64,000 nt of DNA from an uncultured Planctomycetales bacterium (GTDB lineage Bacteria; Omnitrophota; Gorgyraeia; Gygaellales; Profunditerraquicolaceae): positions 261,115 through 325,114 of the forward strand of contig CAZIUK010000001.1 in the NCBI GenBank assembly GCA_964542785.1, given 5' to 3'. Of this stretch, positions 48,872 through 58,611 are shown piece after piece; positions within the stretch are counted from its first letter, which is position 1; every line of letters begins with the position of its first letter. A program made the translations under genes and the position numbers. The notes under the pieces were generated by a model. That model was given only the letters and a program-made list of their open reading frames with translations. It was not told the origin of the DNA and made no database searches.

Positions 48872-50257
48872 ATGCATAAAATATACTTAGCGTCAAAATC
48901 TAAGGCAAGGGCAGATATACTGAAGCGCTTGGGGTTTAAGTTTAAGGTTATGCCTAGTAAGGTTAAAGAGAAGAGAGTGTTAGGCAGGCTCACTTTCTCT
49001 AAACTGGTTAAAGAGAACGCCCTTAAAAAAGCGCTGGATGTTGCGGGAAGGATTAAATCCGGGGTGGTTATATCTGCCGATACTATCTGTGTCCAGGATG
49101 GTAATATATTTGGCAAGCCGAAAAATATAAAAAGTGCTAAAGTTATGCTTAAGAAACTTTCAAAAAAAGCCCAATGGCTTTATTCAGGGGTAGCTATTGT
49201 AGATAAGGATAAAACAAAAAAGAGAATTTTAACCGGGAGCGAAAAGACAAAAGTTTACATGGATAATTTAAGCGACAAAGATATAGATAGATACTTTAAA
49301 AAAACTTCTCCCTTGGATAAGGCGGGAAGTTTTGATATACAAGGCAGAGGTGGATTTTTTATTCGTCGTATAGAAGGGTGTTTTTATAATGTGGTGGGCC
49401 TGCCTGCGCGCAAACTATTTATAATGTTAAGAAAACTTGGTATTAACAAGAAGTTTCTCTTTTTTATCTTATATACTACATACTGTATACTACATATTAT
49501 AACATTAACGGGTTGCTCCCATGAGTATAATATCGTAACCGGTAAGCAGGAGGCTTTTTATTATAGTACGGATAAGGAAGTTGTTATGGGCCAGTCTATA
49601 GCTAAGCAGATGGAGAAAATTTATAAAGATAAAGATACCGTTGACCCTTTGATGCAAAAACGAGTGGAGGATATAGGTAAAAGAATAGCTGCGGTAAGCG
49701 ATAGAAAAGATATAGATTATTATTTTACCGTCCTTGAAGATGAAGAGATAAACGCCTTTGCGCTTCCGGGCGGCTACATCTATGTTAATAGCGGCTTGGT
49801 TGAAAAGGTTGAAAATGACGATGAATTAGCCTGTGTTTTAGCGCATGAGGTAGGCCATATCGTAGCAAGGCATAGCATAAAGAAGCTTCAGGCATTACAG
49901 GCGTATTCTGTTTTAAGGTTACTTGTTGCCGCGGCGCCTTCCTCAGGTGAAGTTGGCGCAGCTTCTGATGCGGCGTTTACCGAGATACTTTTAGGTTATG
50001 GCAGGGAAGATGAGCTTTTAGCAGACCAGTTAGGAGCGCGCTACGCAAGGTTAGCCGGGTATGACCCTTATGCAATGATTACTTTTTTAAAGAAACTGCA
50101 AGATGTAAATAAAAGAAGGCCCCTTGCGCCTAAGTCTTATTTTAAAACTCATCCTTATGCCCCGGATAGAATTAGGGTAGTTAAAGAAGAGATGGGAGAA
50201 AGGATATCTTTTAGTGATTACATTAATATTGAACAGTTGCCGCATAAAACATATTAA
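48872..50257 (+). CDS. maf: in-frame fusion: Maf-like nucleotide pyrophosphatase (N-terminus) + lipoprotein-type M48 metalloprotease (C-terminus)
   Basis: Residues 1-~188 are Maf (LASKSKARADIL...DKAGSFDIQG...VVGLPA). Residues 185-215 MLRKLGINKKFLFFILYTTYCILHIITLTGC form a lipoprotein signal with an L-T-G-C lipobox. An M48 HExxH site (HEVGHIVARH) follows. No stop between the domains. Confidence 0.7.
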   Translation: MHKIYLASKSKARADILKRLGFKFKVMPSKVKEKRVLGRLTFSKLVKENALKKALDVAGRIKSGVVISADTICVQDGNIFGKPKNIKSAKVMLKKLSKKAQWLYSGVAIVDKDKTKKRILTGSEKTKVYMDNLSDKDIDRYFKKTSPLDKAGSFDIQGRGGFFIRRIEGCFYNVVGLPARKLFIMLRKLGINKKFLFFILYTTYCILHIITLTGCSHEYNIVTGKQEAFYYSTDKEVVMGQSIAKQMEKIYKDKDTVDPLMQKRVEDIGKRIAAVSDRKDIDYYFTVLEDEEINAFALPGGYIYVNSGLVEKVENDDELACVLAHEVGHIVARHSIKKLQALQAYSVLRLLVAAAPSSGEVGAASDAAFTEILLGYGREDELLADQLGARYARLAGYDPYAMITFLKKLQDVNKRRPLAPKSYFKTHPYAPDRIRVVKEEMGERISFSDYINIEQLPHKTY

Positions 50258-51338
50258 AAGGACGTTTTCTTTTTTAATTCTATTTATCTTTTTGTTTATT
50301 AGCCCTGCTATCTCTAAAAATTATCCGGAGGATAAGAATATGAATAATCCTTTTGGGGTGCTTGAGTTTTTGCATTGGAATCACGATTGGAATCACTACA
50401 AGTATTCTTCTGACCTTGAGCTTGAAAGGACAGCTAAGCTTATGAAAGAAGCAGGAGTTGGCTGGGCAAGGGTAGACTTTTTATGGCAGGATATAGAGCC
50501 AAAGGAAGGGGTATTTGATTTTGCTAAATATGACCGCATTGTAGATATTTTTTCTGCTAATAATATAAATATTTTAGGGCTTCTTAATTATAGCGCGGAT
50601 TGGGCAGCATTTGACGGCGGTTGGAATTCTCCTCCTAAGGATAATAAACTATTTGTTGCGTATGCTTCTAAAGTTATTAAACGCTACAAGGATAAGGTTA
50701 AATATTGGGAGGTATGGAATGAACCGGATTCTCCTATCTATTGGTCAGTTCAAGATGGGCTTAAGAGTTATGTCTCTTTATTAAAGGATGTTTATTTGGC
50801 AGCCAAAAAAATTGACCCGGATTGTAAGGTACTTAATGGAGGGTTAGCTAAAGGAATATCCAGTATAAACTGCTTATACGATAAGGGGGCAAAGGGATAT
50901 TTTGATATTCTAAATCTGCATTTTTTTGAAAACCCGTTGCGCAAAGGAGGTATAAAGGCTGTTGTCTCTTTTCCTAAGCTTGCCTATAAGATAATGTTTC
51001 GTAACGGAGATTGCAATAAGAAGATTTGGATTACTGAGATTGGTTGCCCCGGAGTAAGGAGAGGGTTGATGGTTAATAAATGGTGGTTAGGGAAGAACCC
51101 GACGGAGAAACAACAGGCACTTTGGCTAAAAAGGGTATATACAGAACTACTTAAGGATGAAAATGTAGAAAAGGTCTTTTGGGCTTTTTTTCGCGATACC
51201 AAAGAACATTGGGACAATGGAGTTGATTATTTTGGACTTATCCGTTGGAACTACTCTAAGAAGTCTGCCTTTAAGGCTTACCAAGATAGTTTTAATATTT
51301 GGAAGAAGAAAACTTTTGGTGCGGGAGGAGGGACTTGA
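50214..51338 (+). CDS. secreted clan GH-A glycoside hydrolase (GH5/GH39-like)
   Basis: Signal peptide; WEVWNEPD (N-E-P acid/base motif) and a TIM-barrel pattern. Start overlaps the upstream ORF, so the true start is uncertain. The last ~20 nt overlap tRNA-Leu. Confidence 0.5.
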   Translation: MITLILNSCRIKHIKRTFSFLILFIFLFISPAISKNYPEDKNMNNPFGVLEFLHWNHDWNHYKYSSDLELERTAKLMKEAGVGWARVDFLWQDIEPKEGVFDFAKYDRIVDIFSANNINILGLLNYSADWAAFDGGWNSPPKDNKLFVAYASKVIKRYKDKVKYWEVWNEPDSPIYWSVQDGLKSYVSLLKDVYLAAKKIDPDCKVLNGGLAKGISSINCLYDKGAKGYFDILNLHFFENPLRKGGIKAVVSFPKLAYKIMFRNGDCNKKIWITEIGCPGVRRGLMVNKWWLGKNPTEKQQALWLKRVYTELLKDENVEKVFWAFFRDTKEHWDNGVDYFGLIRWNYSKKSAFKAYQDSFNIWKKKTFGAGGGT

Positions 51339-51399
51339 ACCCTCATGCCTTGCGGCACAGGCTTCTGAGACCTGCGCGTCTGCCATTCCGCCACCCCCG
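51317..51399 (-). tRNA. tRNA-Leu (anticodon CAG)
   Basis: Reverse complement folds as GCGGGGG acceptor, anticodon loop CUCAGAA, long variable arm, T-arm GAGGGTTCAAGTCCCTC, encoded CCA. Confidence 0.85.
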
Positions 51400-51561
51400 C
51401 TAAAGTTGTTTTAAGTATATCTTAGGCAATAAATTCTGTCAAATATAAAAGATTTGCCGCCCTTTTAATTTACTGCTATAATAATAAATTCCGGAAAGCT
51501 TGAAAATGGCTATAGTTAAGAACGCTTTTTTGATTTCGTATTTTAATTAGTTTATGATAAA

Positions 51562-52017
51562 ATGAGCAAGATTATTGCCTCAAATCATAAAGCTTATAGG
51601 GACTATTTAATTCTTGAGACTATTGAATGCGGGATAGAATTAAAGGGCTCAGAGGTAAAGTCTATTCGCCAGGGAAAGATAAACTTAAGCGATAGCTTTG
51701 CTAGGATAGAAGGAAGCTCGGTAACCTTATACAATACACACGTAAGCCCTTACCTCCAGGCAAGTTATCTTAATGTTGATCCGGTAAGAGAACGCAAACT
51801 CCTCTTGCATAAGAAACAGATAGTAAAGTTAGCCGGCAAGCTTACGCAAAGAGGCTGTACACTTGTTCCGTTAAAGGTATATTTTAATGCCCGTGGTTTT
51901 GTAAAGATAGAACTTGGCCTTGGCCGAGGGAAAAAACTTTATGATAAAAGAGAAGATATTAAGCGTCGCGAGAGCGAGGTAGTTACTCGTCGCATCTTAA
52001 AGAATAGAAGGAAGTAA
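51562..52017 (+). CDS. smpB: SsrA-binding protein
   Basis: Characteristic SmpB sequence; immediately upstream of tmRNA. Confidence 0.92.
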   Translation: MSKIIASNHKAYRDYLILETIECGIELKGSEVKSIRQGKINLSDSFARIEGSSVTLYNTHVSPYLQASYLNVDPVRERKLLLHKKQIVKLAGKLTQRGCTLVPLKVYFNARGFVKIELGLGRGKKLYDKREDIKRRESEVVTRRILKNRRK

Positions 52018-52040
52018 TCTTATTTAGAAAGGAAAAATAA

Positions 52041-52437
52041 GGGGGTGAAAGGGCTCGACTTAGGCAGTTGAGTAAGAGTAGCATGCCGCGGACGCATGGT
52101 TAGCCGCGTTAACAACCCGTGCAAAATACAAACGCAAACAACCGTTTGTTTGATGTCAAGCCGATGGCTATGCCATCGTTTGGCATGATGCCAGCCTTCG
52201 CTAACTAAATTAGCGAAGCCTCTATCCGTTCCTATTCCTACAGGGCGGAATAGAGCATTAGTAGGATAGTTTTGCTGTTTATCCTTTGACGGCAGAATGA
52301 AACTATAAAAAGGATACGGCTTATAATGCCCCGCCTTGCAGAGCGTTATAAGCCTAAAGATAAATGCAGGGCTAAGCATGTAGTGGCTTTTATTCGGGTG
52401 TTTAAGGACCGGGGTTCGATTCCCCGCACCTCCACCA
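52041..52437 (+). ncRNA. ssrA: tmRNA (transfer-messenger RNA)
   Basis: 5' end GGGGGUGAAAGGGCUCGAC and 3' end GGACCGGGGUUCGAUUCCCCGCACCUCCACCA form the tRNA-like domain. Directly downstream of smpB. Confidence 0.85.
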
Positions 52438-52445
52438 TTAAATTT

Positions 52446-53528
52446 ATGCAAAAGAATGCAAAACTATTTTTATTCTTTGTATTAGGGATTTTTATCTTTG
52501 GTTGCGCTAGGTTGCCGCTTAAGGAAGAGTTACCCGTATATAATATAAATGGAGCAGGGTATTATTCCCTTCTCTCTTTGTGTCAATTAAAAGGTATGAG
52601 TTTAGATTATGATATCTACGCTCGCCTTGTTAATCTTAGTAAAGATAACCATAGCATAAGTTTTGTCGTTGGAGATAATTTAGTTTTAGTGGATAAAAAA
52701 GCGCTTCTGCTTAAAAATCCTACTGAGATATACGAAGGAAAGATTATGGTTCCTGTGCAATTTAAGGAAGAGGTTATAGCGCCTATCTTTAAGGTTGTTA
52801 AATTGCCTCTTGGTTCTAAGCAAACAAGGGTAATACCTTTAATTAAAAAGGTTGTTATAGACCCTGGGCACGGAGGCCGTGATCCCGGAGCAGTTAGTCG
52901 GAGTGGGTTAAAAGAGAAGGATGTAAATCTTGATATAGCTAAAAACTTAGCCGATTTTTTTAGGAGAGAAGGCATTGAAGTTGTAATGACGCGTAATTCA
53001 GATATTTTTATCCCGTTAGGGAAAAGAGTTGAAATAGCAAATAATTCTAAAGCAGATTTATTTATAAGTATTCACGCCAATGCTAATAAGTCAAGGAGCC
53101 TGCATGGTTTTGAGGTTTATTATGTTTCTACTACAGTAAGCGATCTTACTAGGGGCTCTTATGCTGCTAAGCATTTTAATCTTAACCTTGATAGTTCCTA
53201 CTTTGCCAGTAATTCGCAAGTCTTGAAATCAATACTTTGGGATAAGCTCTATACTTATAATCGGGCAGAGTCTATCTCTTTAGCGTCGGATATCTGTCGT
53301 TCTGCAGGAGAGAGTTTAAGTGTAAGGGTTATAGGCGTAAAAGATGCGCGTTTTGAGGTCTTACGTGGAACTAGGATGCCTGCAGTTTTGGTAGAAGTAG
53401 GTTTTTTATCCAACGCTAAAGAAGAACAGCTTTTAAGAGACTCAAGTTATCGTAAGAAACTCTCCCAGAGTATTTTTAAAGGGGTGTTCGACTATGCCTG
53501 TAAAACTAAAGAGGGTTTTGGTAGATGA
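52446..53528 (+). CDS. N-acetylmuramoyl-L-alanine amidase (Amidase_3, AmiC-like lipoprotein)
   Basis: VIDPGHGGRDPGA and ISIHANA motifs. N-terminal signal with Cys (IFIFGCARL). Start moved to Met 41 so the CDS does not overlap the tmRNA. Confidence 0.8.
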   Translation: MQKNAKLFLFFVLGIFIFGCARLPLKEELPVYNINGAGYYSLLSLCQLKGMSLDYDIYARLVNLSKDNHSISFVVGDNLVLVDKKALLLKNPTEIYEGKIMVPVQFKEEVIAPIFKVVKLPLGSKQTRVIPLIKKVVIDPGHGGRDPGAVSRSGLKEKDVNLDIAKNLADFFRREGIEVVMTRNSDIFIPLGKRVEIANNSKADLFISIHANANKSRSLHGFEVYYVSTTVSDLTRGSYAAKHFNLNLDSSYFASNSQVLKSILWDKLYTYNRAESISLASDICRSAGESLSVRVIGVKDARFEVLRGTRMPAVLVEVGFLSNAKEEQLLRDSSYRKKLSQSIFKGVFDYACKTKEGFGR

Positions 53529-54316
53529 AGCTGATAGGAGTTTTTGATTCAGGGGTAGGGGGCTTGACAGTAGTCAAAGAGCTTATTAAGCAGCTTCCTT
53601 CAGAGAGTTTAGTTTATTTTGGTGATACAGCGCGTGTCCCTTACGGAGCTAAATCTAAAGAGACGGTAACTAAGTTTTCAATAGAGAATGCCTTATTTTT
53701 ATCCAAGCATAATGTAAAGTTAATCTGTGTTGCTTGTAATACTGCTTCAAGTTGCGCTTTGCCTAAATTAAGAAAAAAGTTTAGCGTTCCTATAGTCGGG
53801 GTAATTAATCCTGGCGCTAGGGAAGCAGTTTATGCTACCAAGAATAATCGTATAGGTGTTATAGGGACTAGGGGGACGATTAAGAGCCGAGCTTATGAGG
53901 ATGAAATTAAGAGGCTTAACTCTAAGATTAAGGTTTTTTCAGCAGCCTGTCCTTTATTCGTTCCTTTCGTAGAGGAGGGATGGTTAAATCAGGATGTAGT
54001 TTTAACTGTAGCTAAGAGATATCTACAGCCATTAAAAGACGCAAGAGTAGATACGCTTATTTTAGGTTGCACCCATTATCCTTTACTTAAAAAGGTGATT
54101 AAAAAGGTAATGGGAGAAAAAGTCATTTTGGTTGATTCTGCTAAAGAGGTAGCTATTGAGGTAAAAAAAATATTATCAAGTAAAGGGCTTCTAAATAAGA
54201 GGGGTAAGGGCAGGTTTGATTTTTTTGTTAGCGATAACCCCGAATGGTTTAAGGGATTAGCTGAGAGTTTTTTAGGGAGATTGTTAAAAAAAGTAAAGAA
54301 GGTGAGTAATGTATAA
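53525..54316 (+). CDS. murI: glutamate racemase
   Basis: GVFDSGVGGLTV and CNTAS motifs. Confidence 0.9.
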   Translation: MKLIGVFDSGVGGLTVVKELIKQLPSESLVYFGDTARVPYGAKSKETVTKFSIENALFLSKHNVKLICVACNTASSCALPKLRKKFSVPIVGVINPGAREAVYATKNNRIGVIGTRGTIKSRAYEDEIKRLNSKIKVFSAACPLFVPFVEEGWLNQDVVLTVAKRYLQPLKDARVDTLILGCTHYPLLKKVIKKVMGEKVILVDSAKEVAIEVKKILSSKGLLNKRGKGRFDFFVSDNPEWFKGLAESFLGRLLKKVKKVSNV

Positions 54317-54689
54317 GATAAAAGTTGAGCTTGGTTTTAGCTCTGCACATAACCTAAGGGGTTACAAGGGTAAATGCGAAGAGCTTCATGGGCATAACTG
54401 GAAGGTAGAGGTAGGAGTAGCTTCGAAGAATCTGGATAAGATTGGTATGGTTACGGATTTTGCCTATCTTAAAGATAAATTAAAAAGAGTCTTAGGGGCT
54501 ATGGACCATAAATATTTAAATAAGATTCCTTATTTTAAAAAAGTTAATCCTACGTCGGAGAATATCGCAAAGTATATTTATGATAAACTTTCTTTTTCTT
54601 TATCTAAGGATAACTTAAAGGGGGTAAAGATTTTAGAAGTTACTGTATGGGAGTCTGATAAGGCCCGGGCTACTTATTATGAAGGGTAA
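54309..54689 (+). CDS. queD: 6-carboxy-5,6,7,8-tetrahydropterin synthase
   Basis: CEELHGHNWKVEV motif. Confidence 0.85.
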   Translation: MYKIKVELGFSSAHNLRGYKGKCEELHGHNWKVEVGVASKNLDKIGMVTDFAYLKDKLKRVLGAMDHKYLNKIPYFKKVNPTSENIAKYIYDKLSFSLSKDNLKGVKILEVTVWESDKARATYYEG

Positions 54690-55356
54690 GCTTAAACGCG
54701 CAGTCGTCTTATTGTCTGGTGGGTTAGATTCGGCAACTGTCTTGTATCTAGCCAAGAAGAGAGGTTACAGGATAACCTGTTTAATTTTTGATTATGGGCA
54801 GCGCCATAAAAAAGAGATTAACGCTGCTAAAAGGATTGCCATTGAGGCAAAAGTTGCTTATTGTACGCTTAAGATTAAGTTCCCTTGGGGTGGGTCAAGC
54901 CTATTAGGCAAAAAAAAGATACCCCTGAATAAAAAGTCGTTAGGTAAGAGTATTCCTTCTACTTATGTTCCGGCGAGGAATATTATATTTTTAAGCTTTG
55001 CCCTTTCTTTTGCTGAGGTAATAAAATCCGAAGCTATCTTTATCGGAGCTCATAGCCGGGATTATTCTGGGTATCCTGATTGCCGGCCAAAATTTTTAAA
55101 TGCCTTTAAAAAGGTAGCGGATTTAGGGACTTTTACGGGAATAAGAAAAAGAGGGATTAAGGTTATATCTCCCTTAATAGATAAAGATAAGGCTGATATT
55201 ATAAGATTAGGAATCAAACTTAAGGTCCCGTATAAATATACGTGGTCTTGTTATCAGGGTGGCAGCTACCCTTGCGGGAAGTGTGATAGCTGTTATTATA
55301 GAAAGAAGGGTTTTAAGGATGTAGGTATCCTCGACCCCCTTTTTAGGGATACTTAA
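54679..55356 (+). CDS. queC: 7-cyano-7-deazaguanine synthase
   Basis: AVVLLSGGLDSAT PP-loop; C-terminal Zn Cys cluster CGKCDSC. Confidence 0.88.
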   Translation: MKGKLKRAVVLLSGGLDSATVLYLAKKRGYRITCLIFDYGQRHKKEINAAKRIAIEAKVAYCTLKIKFPWGGSSLLGKKKIPLNKKSLGKSIPSTYVPARNIIFLSFALSFAEVIKSEAIFIGAHSRDYSGYPDCRPKFLNAFKKVADLGTFTGIRKRGIKVISPLIDKDKADIIRLGIKLKVPYKYTWSCYQGGSYPCGKCDSCYYRKKGFKDVGILDPLFRDT

Positions 55357-55388
55357 TCTGCTAAAGCTATTGTGTTAGATAAAAAGGC

Positions 55389-56066
55389 ATGAAAGGTAAA
55401 ATCTCTGAAGTCTTTGATAGTATTCAAGGCGAAGGTCTCTATTTAGGCGAACGTCAAGTCTTTGTGCGTTTTTTTGGTTGTAACCTAAGCTGTAAGTTTT
55501 GCGATACTAAGTTGCACAGCTTTTTAGAATATGAACCAGAAGAGCTCTATAGGGAGCTAAAGAAGTATTGTTATAAAAAACATCATTCAATATCATTTAC
55601 CGGAGGAGAGCCTTTACTGCAGAAAGATTTTTTAAAAGAAGTTCTCAAGCTTACTTTTAAGGATAACTTAAAGAATTACCTTGAGACAAATGGCACTTTA
55701 CCTGAGGCGCTTACAGAGGTAATAGATCATTTGCATATAGTGGCTATGGATTTAAAATTCCCTAGCTCGACCGGTTTGAATCAAGATTTTTGGCAGGCTC
55801 ACCGTGTATTTTTGGAGATAGCCTCTAAAAAAGAGGTTTTTGTAAAGGCGGTTATTTGCGAACACACGCAGGAGAGCGACCTTTTAGATGGGATAAGATT
55901 AATCCAGCAGTCAGCGCAAAACACTATTCTTGTTCTTCAGCCTGATTCCGGGGTAAATAATGGGGCGCTAGAACCTAAGTTAGAAACTTTTAAAAATATG
56001 TGTAGAAGAGAGAGGATAACTACTTGCGTTATCCCTCAGGCGCATAAAATAATGGGGGTTAAATGA
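55389..56066 (+). CDS. queE: 7-carboxy-7-deazaguanine synthase (radical SAM)
   Basis: CNLSCKFCDT (CxxxCxxC) motif. Confidence 0.85.
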   Translation: MKGKISEVFDSIQGEGLYLGERQVFVRFFGCNLSCKFCDTKLHSFLEYEPEELYRELKKYCYKKHHSISFTGGEPLLQKDFLKEVLKLTFKDNLKNYLETNGTLPEALTEVIDHLHIVAMDLKFPSSTGLNQDFWQAHRVFLEIASKKEVFVKAVICEHTQESDLLDGIRLIQQSAQNTILVLQPDSGVNNGALEPKLETFKNMCRRERITTCVIPQAHKIMGVK

Positions 56067-56461
56067 AAGAGAAGAAGTCTTCCTATGAAGGGTTGCAAAA
56101 AAATATAAAAACAATGAGGACTCCAAAGTTGGATGTTTGGATTAATCAGTATCCTGATAAGGAGTATGCTATAACCATAGAGATACCGGAGTTTACTTGT
56201 ATCTGCCCTAAGACCGGCTTGCCGGATTTTGCGGTTATAAAAATTGAGTATTCGCCGGATAAGTTTTGCATAGAATTAAAATCGCTTAAGATGTACACTA
56301 TATTCTTCCGTAATGTTGGGATCTTTCATGAACACCTAGTTAATAAGATAATGGATGATTTTATAAACGCCTGTAAGCCGCGTTGGGTTAAGATGGTCTC
56401 TGAATTTTATCCGCGCGGAGGGATAAAAACTACTGTTGCAAGGGAATATAGAAGAGAATGA
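56063..56461 (+). CDS. queF: NADPH-dependent 7-cyano-7-deazaguanine reductase
   Basis: EFTCICPKTGLPDFA catalytic motif. Confidence 0.88.
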   Translation: MKEKKSSYEGLQKNIKTMRTPKLDVWINQYPDKEYAITIEIPEFTCICPKTGLPDFAVIKIEYSPDKFCIELKSLKMYTIFFRNVGIFHEHLVNKIMDDFINACKPRWVKMVSEFYPRGGIKTTVAREYRRE

Positions 56462-57297
56462 GGATAATAGAAGCTGAAAAGATAACCGAAGTAGTTTCTA
56501 ATCTTTGCCTTAAGGCTAATTATTCTTTGCCTAGCGATGTTATTAAGAAGTTAAGGTTAGCCTATAGAAAAGAGCTGGATAAAAAAGCTAAGTCAGCGTT
56601 AGCGGCGATTATTAAAAATGCTCAGGTTGCTAAGAAAGAAAAATTAGCTATTTGTCAGGATACAGGGTTTCCGATTGTATTTGTAGAAATAGGCCAAGAG
56701 GTAAAAATAAAAGGCGACTTAAAAAAAGCAATTAACCGAGGGGTTATTAAGGGCTATAAAAAAGGAAACTTTAGGGAATCAATTATCCAAAACCCTTTAA
56801 TAAGAAAAAATCCTGTTTATAGCGGAGCGATTATTCATATAGATATAGTAAAGGGAAAGAATATTAAGATAACTGTTATGCCTAAAGGTTTCGGTTGCGA
56901 GAATAAATCTATTCTGAAGATGTTTCTGCCCACAGCTACCATTGAGGAGATCAAGGAATTTATTGTTGATGCGGTAAAGTCTGTTGGGCCTGACGCCTGT
57001 CCTCCGTATATGGTCGGAGTCGGGATTGGCGGCACAGCAGAGGTTGCTTCTTTATTGGCTAAAAAAGCGCTTATTAGAGAGAAGGGGAGTTTGAGTAAAG
57101 AAAACGGAGCTGGGTTATTTTTGGAAAAAGATTTACTTAGTAGGATTAATAAATTAAAAATAGGCCCGATGGGATTAGGTGGTAGGACTACGGCCTTAAC
57201 CGTAAATATTAAAACATACCCGACACACATTGCGGGTTTACCTGTAGCAGTAAATTTAAGTTGCCATGCCTTACGTAGCGCCACTGCTATTTTATAG
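56458..57297 (+). CDS. class I Fe-S fumarate hydratase / tartrate dehydratase alpha subunit
   Basis: ICQDTGFPIVFVEIG motif. Confidence 0.8.
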   Translation: MRIIEAEKITEVVSNLCLKANYSLPSDVIKKLRLAYRKELDKKAKSALAAIIKNAQVAKKEKLAICQDTGFPIVFVEIGQEVKIKGDLKKAINRGVIKGYKKGNFRESIIQNPLIRKNPVYSGAIIHIDIVKGKNIKITVMPKGFGCENKSILKMFLPTATIEEIKEFIVDAVKSVGPDACPPYMVGVGIGGTAEVASLLAKKALIREKGSLSKENGAGLFLEKDLLSRINKLKIGPMGLGGRTTALTVNIKTYPTHIAGLPVAVNLSCHALRSATAIL

Positions 57298-57341
57298 AGA
57301 TACTCAATTTGCTATTGGCAGATTGTTTCCAATGAAGATTT

Positions 57342-57881
57342 ATGAAGATGAATAATAGGCTAAAAAAATACGAATTAGATTTTAAAGATTTAAAAGCAGG
57401 GGATGAGGTTAGTTTCTCGGGTACAATTTATACTGCCCGCGATCAGGCGCATAAAAGATTAGTAAGTGATATCAAAAGAGGAAAGAAAAAGCATTTTGAT
57501 GTCAAAGAGGCAGTTATTTATTATTGTGGTCCAACTAAAACTCCCTCAGGAAAGATTATTGGTTCATGCGGACCAACTACAAGTTCGCGTATGGATAAGT
57601 TTACCCCCTTTTTGTTAAAAAAAGGGTTAAGGGGAATAATTGGGAAGGGAAAACGCTCAAAAAAGGTTGTTGCAGCGATAAAGAAGTATAAGGCAATCTA
57701 TTTTATAGCTTACGCAGGTTGTGGAGCGCTTATCTCGAAATATGTAAAAAAGGCAGAGCCTGCGGCCTATGCTGATTTAGGCCCGGAACAGATATTAAAA
57801 TTAGAAGTTAAGGGGTTGCCTTTAATTGTAGCAGTTGATTCTAAAGGAGAGGATATCTATGGAGAGGACAGACGGACGTAG
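57342..57881 (+). CDS. class I Fe-S fumarate hydratase beta subunit
   Basis: FumA C-terminal-domain homology; conserved pairing with the alpha subunit. Confidence 0.75.
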   Translation: MKMNNRLKKYELDFKDLKAGDEVSFSGTIYTARDQAHKRLVSDIKRGKKKHFDVKEAVIYYCGPTKTPSGKIIGSCGPTTSSRMDKFTPFLLKKGLRGIIGKGKRSKKVVAAIKKYKAIYFIAYAGCGALISKYVKKAEPAAYADLGPEQILKLEVKGLPLIVAVDSKGEDIYGEDRRT

Positions 57882-58572
57882 TAAGGATAAGCTAAGAAGG
57901 GTTTTAATTACACGTAATTTTAATAAATACGCTGAAGGTTCTTGCTTGATTGAATTAGGGAATACTAAGGTTGTATGTACTGCTTCAGTTGAAGAGAGTG
58001 TCCCGCCTTTTTTAAAGAATAGCGGGTCCGGTTGGGTTACTGCTGAATACGGGATGCTTCCACGCTCCTGTGATAAGCGGATTCCAAGAGGGAGAGACTC
58101 TGGGAGAACTTATGAGATACAGAGGTTAGTAGGTAGGTCTTTAAGGTCTGTTACTGAGATGAAAAATTTAGGGGAAAGGACTATTTGGATTGATTGTGAT
58201 GTCTTACAAGGAGACGGAGGGACGCGCACTGCCTCAATTACCGGAAGTTTTATCGCTTTAGTTGATGCTTTAGCTAAGATAAAAAAAGAGGGGAAGACGA
58301 AGAATATCCCGATAAAAGATTATGTTGCTGCAACTAGTGTAGGTATAGTTAATAACGAGCTTTTGCTTGATTTGTGCTATGAGGAGGACTCAAAGGCTGA
58401 AGTGGATATGAATATAGTTATGACCGGAAGTGGAGAGTTTATAGAGATTCAAGGGACTGCTGAGAGGGCATCTTTTTCTAAGGAGAAGATGGATAAGATG
58501 CTGGGGTTAGCAAAAAAAGGGATTGAAGATTTATTCTCTTTTCAGCGTAAATTCGTCGGAGATCTTATATAG
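57859..58572 (+). CDS. rph: ribonuclease PH
   Basis: [17 protein letters not shown] motif. Start at the internal Met. Confidence 0.88.
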   Translation: MERTDGRSKDKLRRVLITRNFNKYAEGSCLIELGNTKVVCTASVEESVPPFLKNSGSGWVTAEYGMLPRSCDKRIPRGRDSGRTYEIQRLVGRSLRSVTEMKNLGERTIWIDCDVLQGDGGTRTASITGSFIALVDALAKIKKEGKTKNIPIKDYVAATSVGIVNNELLLDLCYEEDSKAEVDMNIVMTGSGEFIEIQGTAERASFSKEKMDKMLGLAKKGIEDLFSFQRKFVGDLI

Positions 58573-58611
58573 GGATACCTAATTTGCTATTGGTAGGGTA
58601 TTCCTAATTTT

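Noticed and set aside
52020-52451. 143-aa - strand ORF and the first 40 codons of the + ORF beginning at 52326
   Set aside because: Both lie over the tmRNA gene. The amidase more plausibly starts at ATG 52446 after the tmRNA.
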